Assembly (NCBI GenBank): GCA_965658675.1
Contig: CBFHTT010000013.1
Coordinates: forward strand, 158,016-222,015
DNA from: Limisphaerales bacterium
Lineage (GTDB): Bacteria; Verrucomicrobiota; Verrucomicrobiia; Limisphaerales; CAZKNW01
Direction of reading: 5' to 3'
DNA: 64,000 nucleotides
Part shown: positions 38,201 to 45,205 of the stretch, one piece after another
Numbering within the stretch: position 1 is the first letter of the stretch
Layout: every line of letters begins with the position of its first letter
Notes under the pieces: model-generated
What the model saw: the letters and a program-made list of their open reading frames with translations, nothing else
The model's database searches: none
What the model was told of the DNA's origin: nothing
Program-made: the position numbers and the translations under genes

Positions 38201-38371
38201 TTGAGGTGGATATCTGCTCCGCTGAAGGAGTATATCATCGAGGCAACATCAGATTTTTCGAATGGTCAATGGGAAGAGGTTGATCGAGTTTCAGGCACCG
38301 GGGGGGTGATTGATTTCCCTCAAGACTTGAGTGGCGGACCTCGTTTCTATCGAATTCGAATCGCTGAATAA
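35264..38371 (+). CDS. Large secreted protein A: NHL propeller, FN3-associated domain, cohesin-like, dockerin-like, cohesin-like, RFYR C-terminal module
   Basis: Signal peptide; NHL blades (FNNPSALA..VYVADAGNDALR; VSDSGNHVVR; ADTLNHRV); FYTTDGTEPT; AGPGATIVLPV; DGDGTINIED; DADGDGQTNWQEYLAGTDP; RFYRIRIAE. Confidence 0.75.
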   Translation: MRTMKRSTSVGSIVSCCAFLLGAIAMFPGSDAIAQATVESIAGAPSSSAFDSFDGFVDGPFVGEISTGEGASNVPVAQFNNPSALALGLMGDRVYVADAGNDALRVLNLTDSKTETLVNLAAGSAPVDVKVDAAGDIYVLNQGSGKILKFNIHGNALATINGTDLVSPTAFAIDANNDFYVVESSGALKKVTTLTGVVTVIPVTGGALVTPRGIVVLDNGDLAVSDSGNHVVRIMTVAGAIQQTIGSVGTSGRVNGAATFARFNSPGKIAKAGADVLVLADTLNHRVVQIAADRTVTLLYGADPAQWQGLPSTILYLPGWDDGEGDVAWARNPEGITVIGNGDVYTSEVFYHNIRRVVDTGLQGPSGSVNFGSNGTNAVVNPPSVTMSPLSGYFPTGVDVEVASASTNVFYTTDGTEPTTNSVRVPMSNGKGTIRFFNSLADLRNLSVSAFLTVGSNTVSSNIVGTASPSNQVGVPRDFMAGPGATIVLPVIINLVPGQEIRSIGFKLAVRPDPGNMVPTAIPANELKFIGTSTNDFVPLVAPSTDGGAVTFFSGPEFFNAATMERSIDYAALGVTNFGVSDFAALALATVKIPNTAVVGDVFHVEVKNISGTSDGVQNDVSLSGLTARTITISDSLTYIAGNTAPGVWYNAGEFGDAGTFQSLKISDVNNAFLASQGIKKPFDFSDVFNAMDIAPSEAVGGTADGDGTINIEDWTLALNRVLGNDTNNFARRWSLGGTRVSQATASNGDANFAPNSVPLNLSPGLLGDVWTKHARLLVGAVSSPQNGDWIEVPITLDVFEGITLDAIAFTIAVEAEGNAPALNLVDTVSWVRSQNSPVLYERAIEQGVILGWYGAYSGTIELGKLRFRIPLEAEQGDCYRIGLRLPEISPTGDQLGFVESFSGCIKVNEENEESELRVSDEWLETFLSGYPDALRDLTKDADGDGQTNWQEYLAGTDPSDVLSNLGFSNSRLKDSEIKLRWISAPLKEYIIEATSDFSNGQWEEVDRVSGTGGVIDFPQDLSGGPRFYRIRIAE

Positions 38372-38384
38372 TATGTAGGAAAAA

Positions 38385-41300
38385 ATGGAAACTAGATCCA
38401 TGAACAACCCAAGATTAAGATTTTTTATTAGAGTAAGTGCGATTGATATAGTGTTTGCTTTGGTGGTGCTGATTGTTTGTGGAGCTAGCGCACAGTCTGT
38501 CTCCACATTAACCAACGCTGGTTTTGTCGGCCCGCACAGTGTTGTTATTGGTCAATCAGGCGATTATTACATTACCGATAGTGGAGGAAATCGAATTCTT
38601 AAATATGATCCTGATACCGATTCTCTGACGACACTTGCCGGAAGCACTCTCGGGCTATCGGGATCGACTGACGGTGCCGGTGGAGTTGCTCTCTTTAATC
38701 AACCGAAGGGAATTATTGTAGCAAGAGGAGGCTTGGTTGTCGCTGATTCTCAAAATCATACGATTAGAAAGGTTGAATACGATGGCACGGTCAGCACCAT
38801 AGTCGGTAGTGCTGGTGATTTTGGGTTTGTAGATTCTCCTGTACCTGCTACCGCGCGATTTCGATTTCCAACCGGCTTGGCCGTGAATGCTGGAGGTGAA
38901 ATTTTTGTCGCTGATTCAAATAATAATGCTATTCGTAAGATCGATGGAGCTGATGTCGTGACTACAGTTGTCATGGGACTGTTCCAACCGAATGCTGTTG
39001 CAGTAGATGACACTAGTGATTTGTGGGTTGCTGATACGAGAAACCATCAAATTAAGGAATTCGCATCGGATGGAATGCTGAAGGCTACTTTCGGTACCGG
39101 TTTTTCCGGTGCTGTTGATTCTGAAGTTGGAGCAACTGCTTCGTTTTCCAATCCACGGGGTATTTCTTTTCTAAGTGCAACTGGTGGTCTCATCGTTTCG
39201 GATACTGGTAATAATACTGTTAGACAGTTAAAACCAAATGCGCTGCTTTCTACATATTCTGTTAACACAGTTAGTGGTTTGGCAGGAAACTCAGGAAATA
39301 TGGACGGCGAATTGGCTGTTGCTACGTTTAATGCACCTATAGGAGTTATCTCTGACTCTATTGGTGGAAGTGTGTTGGTGATCGATAGTGCCAGCTCTAC
39401 AGGAGTGGGAGGCGCCTTGCGCCAGATTCAGACTAGTCCACCACAACCTCAGATTTCAGCTCCAATGATTGGTTATACAGCAAAGTTCACGAACATGAAC
39501 GGGGTTGTGAGTACTCGTTTTGAAGGCGTAATAAATGGGATCTTCAATAATGAAGTTCACCTGGCAATCATAGGAGAAACAGGAGTTGAAACCAAATTCA
39601 CACACGGAGCGACACCATCGGACCCTTTTAACGACACGATTTCAGAACCAAACGAAACTTCTGCTACAGCCCCATTCTATGAGACTGGGCAGTTTAATTT
39701 TCCACCGGAGTTACTGAGTCCTCTACTTCCTGATTTGACCATTAAGTCAATCAGTTCGAGCCCAGGTCGTAAGAGCAGCACAGTCGCTATAGCTAGATTT
39801 CAGTTTAAGGTGGCTAATCCATCTGTGGACGGCGACAATGCCGTCTCATTTGTTATTCGTAATCAGACTGAAGGAGCGCAGATGTTCTACACTACAAATG
39901 GCGTCGATCCGCATGCGGTCTTTGATGATAATGTTGCAGATCCAAATGTTTTTGGCCCAATTGACTCCGATACCAGTCTTTCACTCGAAATTGGTGTTGC
40001 CGACCTCACTTTTAAAAGTCGTGGTTTCAAAGAAAATTTTCAATCGAGTGGTGTTTATACGACTGTGTTTTCGCCAACAAATTTCAGTGCAAATAAGTTA
40101 ACATTCGGATTCGAACAAGGCGAAGCAAGTAGTCAGTTTGTAGGCGCCGCTGGACAGAATTTCTATGCTCCAGTAACACTTTCGTTGCTGAATGGTGCGC
40201 CAATGAATGGGCTTATTTTCAATATTTCTGCCACTAATGTTGCAGCAGCGCCGAATATCACGGGAGCTCTGACATTTCAAAGTATGCTGGAAGCGATTAT
40301 TCCGGACACCGATCCTCCAGCGTTTACAAATCTAGCTCCTTCCTTCGCAACATTTGATGCTATTCCTAAAGTTATTGCGCCAGGAAATGAGACAAATTTG
40401 GTGTTTACCAATGGTACGGTCACTACCGGAAATGATATAAATTTGCTAGGAGTTGGGTATCTTGAGGATCCAACACGTGCGAATCTGTATGACCCAACCC
40501 TACAAAATTTGGTAACTTTTTCTCGGGCGCTGAATAACAGGTTTAATTCAGCTGGAGATAAAGTCATTCTGGGTGGTTTTGGGTTTCCAATACCATTGGG
40601 AGCAGGTGTTGGCTCGGAATATAGGATTAGAGTGAATCGATCTTCCGGTGTAGTTGGGTTTGAACAAGAAGTCATCATCGTGGCTCCTACAACTGGGACA
40701 ACGGGCGCTGGAAGCCTTAATGCTATCAAACATGTTAGTGTTGGTAATCCCGGTTTCGTGGTAGGTGATGCTATGCCTTTTGGCTGGTTCAATGCCGGTG
40801 ACTTTGGTGATACCAATTTGTTGGCTAACGATTTGTTGCAGGTCTTTCAGGTAGCAGCATATCCGAATGGGCTCCCTCCTTCAGGAAGTGATCTATACAA
40901 AGCGATGGATTCATCTGATGGGTCAGTGATTTTTACATTTGATGGGTTGGATAATGCAGCAATTGACGCAGTTACTACAGGTGATGGAGCAATTGGGATT
41001 GATGATGTATTTATCACATCTCGTAGGGCGCTTGACTCAACACTAAAATGGTACCGGCGGTTTTATGATGCTGGAACGCTAACGACAGTCGAGATTGCCA
41101 ACCAATATAAGGGTGAGACCGATTCAGGTCTTGCGAACCTTCCTCCGTTGGAGTTAGGGGGACAGGCAAATCAACCAGAACAAGAACTTACAAATGATCG
41201 GCCTCAGGCTAGATTCTTTGCCGGTGATGTGGTTGTTCCTGATGGTTTCGATGAGGTCTTGGTCGAAGTATTCGCCGATATTCGCGGTTCCCATGCTATG

Positions 41301-42014
41301 AGAGTCTTCTTAATGAACCTTTCTGTTCATGCACTTGATGGGGCACCGGCGATTGATCAGCAGATCACTTTTGAACCAGTCTCTGCCCTTGGTGCACCTA
41401 ATCAACAATCTAGCCTTTACGGTAAGGGGAATTATTCTGCCGCTTGGATGAACCCGTCATTTGAAGGCTTTTCCAATGGTGTTAATAGGATCGGTTGGCT
41501 GAGGGTTTCTATCCCTGAAGGTGCGACACCGCAGTCTGCCTACTGCGTATCTTTCGAAAAAGTTTCTGCCAGTCCTAATGGATATGGGTTGATGAAAACC
41601 AAAACGAGGTGTGGCATCATCACTCTGACAAACCGTGATCAGTCATCTCTGGCGGATGGATTGCCTGATCTGTGGAGGCTCCGTCATTTTGGTTCAGCTT
41701 TGAATGTTCTCTCTCATGCGGACGCCGACGCAGATGGTGACGGTGTGCCAAACTGGAAAGAGTTCAGAGCAGGGACTCATCCAAACGATAGGAATTCTCG
41801 TCTAGCACTGGCTTCTAGAATAGAAGCTGGTGGTGTTAAATTGAGATTTCCGACAAGTGATGCAAAACGTTATGTAATTGAATGTTCTGACACTCTCTTC
41901 GGCGAATGGTCTATTGTTTCTCCAATCATCACTGGCGACGGTGATATGATGGAGCATACAGAGCAAGTGGGAGCTAACGGAAGATTCTACCGTGTGCGTC
42001 TGATTGAGGAGTAA
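38385..42014 (+). CDS. Large secreted protein B, paralog of A with the same domain order
   Basis: Signal peptide; NHL blades (FNQPKGI..VADSQNHTIRK; FRFPTGLAV..VADSNNNAIRK); FYTTNG.DP; GAAGQNFYAPV; GDGAIGIDD; DADGDGVPNWKEFRAGTHP; RFYRVRLIEE. Confidence 0.75.
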   Translation: METRSMNNPRLRFFIRVSAIDIVFALVVLIVCGASAQSVSTLTNAGFVGPHSVVIGQSGDYYITDSGGNRILKYDPDTDSLTTLAGSTLGLSGSTDGAGGVALFNQPKGIIVARGGLVVADSQNHTIRKVEYDGTVSTIVGSAGDFGFVDSPVPATARFRFPTGLAVNAGGEIFVADSNNNAIRKIDGADVVTTVVMGLFQPNAVAVDDTSDLWVADTRNHQIKEFASDGMLKATFGTGFSGAVDSEVGATASFSNPRGISFLSATGGLIVSDTGNNTVRQLKPNALLSTYSVNTVSGLAGNSGNMDGELAVATFNAPIGVISDSIGGSVLVIDSASSTGVGGALRQIQTSPPQPQISAPMIGYTAKFTNMNGVVSTRFEGVINGIFNNEVHLAIIGETGVETKFTHGATPSDPFNDTISEPNETSATAPFYETGQFNFPPELLSPLLPDLTIKSISSSPGRKSSTVAIARFQFKVANPSVDGDNAVSFVIRNQTEGAQMFYTTNGVDPHAVFDDNVADPNVFGPIDSDTSLSLEIGVADLTFKSRGFKENFQSSGVYTTVFSPTNFSANKLTFGFEQGEASSQFVGAAGQNFYAPVTLSLLNGAPMNGLIFNISATNVAAAPNITGALTFQSMLEAIIPDTDPPAFTNLAPSFATFDAIPKVIAPGNETNLVFTNGTVTTGNDINLLGVGYLEDPTRANLYDPTLQNLVTFSRALNNRFNSAGDKVILGGFGFPIPLGAGVGSEYRIRVNRSSGVVGFEQEVIIVAPTTGTTGAGSLNAIKHVSVGNPGFVVGDAMPFGWFNAGDFGDTNLLANDLLQVFQVAAYPNGLPPSGSDLYKAMDSSDGSVIFTFDGLDNAAIDAVTTGDGAIGIDDVFITSRRALDSTLKWYRRFYDAGTLTTVEIANQYKGETDSGLANLPPLELGGQANQPEQELTNDRPQARFFAGDVVVPDGFDEVLVEVFADIRGSHAMRVFLMNLSVHALDGAPAIDQQITFEPVSALGAPNQQSSLYGKGNYSAAWMNPSFEGFSNGVNRIGWLRVSIPEGATPQSAYCVSFEKVSASPNGYGLMKTKTRCGIITLTNRDQSSLADGLPDLWRLRHFGSALNVLSHADADADGDGVPNWKEFRAGTHPNDRNSRLALASRIEAGGVKLRFPTSDAKRYVIECSDTLFGEWSIVSPIITGDGDMMEHTEQVGANGRFYRVRLIEE

Positions 42015-42021
42015 TAGCAGC

Positions 42022-43473
42022 TTACTTGATCGAGAGGTTACTCTGGATATTAAACTTTTCGATTCGTTTTCTTAAGGTTGCTCTAGTAATGCCTAGCAGC
42101 TTTGCTGACTTCACTTGATTCCCTCCCGTCTCATTCAACGCGTGAATAATAAGTTCTCGTTCTACGGCCGGCAGGATAGCAAGGTCCTTATCCTTCTTGG
42201 CTCTTTCGAACAAGATAGACGCAATGGAAGCCATATCCGACTGATCTTGAGAAGCCTTCTCAGAATTTCCATCACCTACTGGACTTGACAATTGTGTTTC
42301 GACTTCCAGGGTAATTTCACTCGGTAAATCGTTCGGCAGAATGGCATTGCCTTTGGCTACCACGATTGACCTTTGAATCACATTCTCTAGCTCCCTTACA
42401 TTTCCTGGCCAGTCGTGGGCTTCAAGAGCTGTATGGACATCTTCATGTATAGCCTTGGGCTGTTCCCGATTCTGTTTGGCAAATTTTTGAAGGAAGTAAT
42501 TAACCAATAATGGTATGTCGCCTTTCCTTTCCCTCAATGAAGGGAGTTTAATTCTGACAACGTTGAGTCGATAGAATAGGTCTTCGCGGAACTCTTTATC
42601 TTTTACCGCATCTTCAAGCGGTTTGTTTGTTGCTGCGATGATGCGAACGTCGACCTTGATTGGGTTGTTGCCTCCCACCCGGTCAATGGTTCCTGATTGA
42701 AGAACACGTAGGATCTTGGTTTGCGTAGGAAGGCTCATATCCCCGATTTCATCAAGGAATATTGTCCCCCCATCGCATTGTTCAAACTTTCCAATGCGTT
42801 GAGAAGTCGCGCCTGTGAAGGCTCCCTTTTCATGACCAAATAGTTCGCTCTCGAGGAGATTCTCAGGAATAGCAGCGCAATTGATCGCAATGAATGGTTG
42901 GCCGGATCTAGGACCGTGATGATAAATGGCTCTCGCCACCAATTCTTTTCCGGTACCGCTCTCACCCGTTATCAAACAAGTTGCATCTGCTGTTGAGACT
43001 TGGCCAATCAGTTTAAAAACTTCCTGCATGGCTGGGCTACGGCCTATGACACCAGTGTCGTAGTCTTCATTTTCCAACATCGGCTCATAGGAAACCACCT
43101 TTCTCATATCTCTGCTCGCCTTGAGGGCGCCGGAGACAATCGCTTTCAATTTTTCAATATCGAAGGGTTTGAGTAGGTAGTCATGAGCCCCAAGCTTCAT
43201 CGCTTCGATCGCGGTTTGGGTGGTTCCAAATGCCGTCATGATGATGACCGGCAACTTTCTATCGAAATCGCGAATCTTCCTTAAGGTCTCCAATCCGTTC
43301 ATCCCTCCCATTCTGACATCCATGATTACTAGATCGGGCTTCTCGACAGGAATCTTTTCAAGACCCTCTTCACCGCTGGAAGCTGTTGCAAACTCAATTG
43401 GGTCGTTTGCAAAAGTTCTTTTGAAAGAGTAGTGAACGTCTGTTTCGTCGTCGATTAGAAGAATTTTTTCCAT
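42022..43473 (-). CDS. Sigma54-dependent NtrC-family response regulator
   Basis: Receiver (IDD, MDVRM, KPF), GESGTGKE, ESELFGHEKGAFTGA, FREDLFYRLNV, WPGNVREL, Fis-type HTH. Confidence 0.95.
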   Translation of the reverse strand: MEKILLIDDETDVHYSFKRTFANDPIEFATASSGEEGLEKIPVEKPDLVIMDVRMGGMNGLETLRKIRDFDRKLPVIIMTAFGTTQTAIEAMKLGAHDYLLKPFDIEKLKAIVSGALKASRDMRKVVSYEPMLENEDYDTGVIGRSPAMQEVFKLIGQVSTADATCLITGESGTGKELVARAIYHHGPRSGQPFIAINCAAIPENLLESELFGHEKGAFTGATSQRIGKFEQCDGGTIFLDEIGDMSLPTQTKILRVLQSGTIDRVGGNNPIKVDVRIIAATNKPLEDAVKDKEFREDLFYRLNVVRIKLPSLRERKGDIPLLVNYFLQKFAKQNREQPKAIHEDVHTALEAHDWPGNVRELENVIQRSIVVAKGNAILPNDLPSEITLEVETQLSSPVGDGNSEKASQDQSDMASIASILFERAKKDKDLAILPAVERELIIHALNETGGNQVKSAKLLGITRATLRKRIEKFNIQSNLSIK

Positions 43474-43532
43474 ACGGATAATGCGGCCTCGATTCGTAGG
43501 CCAAGTAGTTTTAGCGGGAGAAGACTAGGAGA

Positions 43533-44645
43533 TCAAACATCTGCGTCGTTTGCAGATGAAGACAATTCACTCAAATGATGAGGCGCTTTGAAGGCTAGAT
43601 ACACAATTCCTCCGATCAAACTCCAAAGAAGGCTTCCTGCGTAGGCCAATAGGGACAAGGAAAGAGCTGATGCGGGGTCAGCCATGATCGCTGTAGAGGC
43701 GAGTAGGGCGACCATAAGGTTCTCGCGGACTCCCAGACCGCTTGGCGTAATGGGAAGCGCTGCTACGCAAATGACTGCGGGCACAATGAATAGGAGTTGC
43801 GAAAGGCTCACATCAATGTTTAGTCCCGTCGCAAGGATAAGGAATTGGAAGACGCAAAGGAGGTTCAAGATCGTTGAGAGAATGAATGATTTTAGAAGGA
43901 ATTTGGGGGATTTAGAAAAATTACGGCATGCCTCGAGAGATTTGACGATTGATTCGGCTGCGGTGAAGCGATGAATGGTCTTTCCTATCAACGAATTTCG
44001 GGAAGGCGAATGCCAAAATGCCACCCATACCATGAAAGTGCATGCGGTGAACATGGCTGCAACCAATGCTAGAGTTGCCAGTGATTTGGGATCTTTCTCG
44101 AACAAATTTGTGTTAAATGCAGCTGCCCCAACCGCAAAGAGCAGCATTGAAAAGAGCCCTATGAGACGATCGGCAACAACCGTAATTACCGCTTCGCCTT
44201 TTTTGTGTGATGTTTCGCGTGCAGCATACCAAGCCTTTATGAGATCTCCGCCAGTCGAACCCAATAGGAAGGAATTGAAGAAATGCGCAACGAAAGAGAT
44301 CTCGCAAGCCCTAGTGAACGGGAGCGGAAGCCCTTGAACACTCAGTGCCAGTCTCCAGCGGATGATACCAATAAAGATGGTCCCTCCCATCACTAGGAAT
44401 GAAAAAGCGAACGTCGGCAGGGGAACCTGACCGATCGTAGTCAGTAGGAGCTCTGGCCCGTTCGACCATCCTTCAGTCCATTGCTGCGAGCGGGATAGAG
44501 TTTCCCACGCTGGCTGATCGTCGCTTCTGTGGAGTTTTGCCTCTTCTACGAAAATCGAATGAAAGATCCAGACAAGAAGCAATAGGCTCAGGCAGAACTT
44601 GCCTGCTGCGATGAGCTTCTTTCTTGGGTTTTCTTTCGGGGCCAC
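43533..44645 (-). CDS. Lysylphosphatidylglycerol synthase TM / UPF0104 flippase-like membrane protein
   Basis: RW..L, FFN.FL.GSTGGD..KA, DRLIGL, LPITPSGLGVRE; GTG start. Confidence 0.88.
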   Translation of the reverse strand: MAPKENPRKKLIAAGKFCLSLLLLVWIFHSIFVEEAKLHRSDDQPAWETLSRSQQWTEGWSNGPELLLTTIGQVPLPTFAFSFLVMGGTIFIGIIRWRLALSVQGLPLPFTRACEISFVAHFFNSFLLGSTGGDLIKAWYAARETSHKKGEAVITVVADRLIGLFSMLLFAVGAAAFNTNLFEKDPKSLATLALVAAMFTACTFMVWVAFWHSPSRNSLIGKTIHRFTAAESIVKSLEACRNFSKSPKFLLKSFILSTILNLLCVFQFLILATGLNIDVSLSQLLFIVPAVICVAALPITPSGLGVRENLMVALLASTAIMADPASALSLSLLAYAGSLLWSLIGGIVYLAFKAPHHLSELSSSANDADV

Positions 44646-44697
44646 AGGTTTCGCCCTTTGACAGGTTCGTGGTTAAGCTGTTCGAAATGAGAGCCTT

Positions 44698-44740
44698 AAA
44701 AAAGAAAAACCGGATGTGGAGTTCTCCACACCCGGTTCTT
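44698..44740 (-). terminator. Rho-independent terminator after rpsU
   Basis: Minus strand AACCGGGTGTGGAG-AA-CTCCACATCCGGTT followed by TTTCTTTTTT. Confidence 0.8.
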
Positions 44741-44756
44741 TTGGGTAATCAGCTTA

Positions 44757-44954
44757 CTAGAGATCAGCGTAACGTGCGCTGAGCATTGCAGAGAAACGCG
44801 CTACCTTCATACGACGGCGTTTGCGTTCGCTCGGCTTTTCAAAGTGGCGATGATTGCGCACTTCTTTCAGAGTGCCCTCACGGTCGATCTTCTTTTTAAG
44901 ACGACGAAGAGCTTTTTCTACTGGTTCACCTTTTTTCAGTTTAATCTCTGTCAA
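44757..44954 (-). CDS. rpsU: 30S ribosomal protein bS21
   Basis: (M)TEIKLKKGEPVEKALRRLKKK...HFEKPSERKRR; TTG start at 44954. Confidence 0.95.
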   Translation of the reverse strand: MTEIKLKKGEPVEKALRRLKKKIDREGTLKEVRNHRHFEKPSERKRRRMKVARFSAMLSARYADL

Positions 44955-45030
44955 AACTATCTCACTTCCCTTCTGGTTAGTTTTTATGGGACTCCGCTTG
45001 TCCCCGTCCCGGGGGAATGAATGGGCGAGC

Positions 45031-45059
45031 AAAGTAGGGACCCAGTCTAGGCCTGTCAA
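45031..45059 (-). promoter_or_regulatory. Sigma70 promoter of rpsU
   Basis: Minus strand TTGACA-N17-TACTTT. Confidence 0.65.
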
Positions 45060-45088
45060 TGCATGATCTGCCGCAATTACGGAAAAGT

Positions 45089-45112
45089 TGTTATCAAGTT
45101 ATCCTGATAACA
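45089..45112. promoter_or_regulatory. Palindromic operator upstream of metH (SahR-like candidate)
   Basis: TGTTATCA-AGTTATCC-TGATAACA has perfect 8-bp arms. Confidence 0.6.
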
Positions 45113-45205
45113 TGATTTTAAAATTGAAAACTTAACGAAGGAGGATAATCTGTCGCCGTCTTAGTGATCGTCAGCAGCCGGTTATTGGCAGAAATATCGT
45201 TAAAA

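Noticed and set aside
35264-42014. Calling proteins A and B PilY1 adhesins or autotransporters
   Set aside because: The propeller is N-terminal and NHL-type, not a C-terminal PilY1 domain, and there is no vWA domain or C-terminal beta-barrel.
45060-45205. SAM-I or cobalamin riboswitch before metH (TTATCAAG resembles the SAM-I 5' end)
   Set aside because: The downstream SAM-I elements are missing, and the motif is better explained as one arm of a DNA palindrome.
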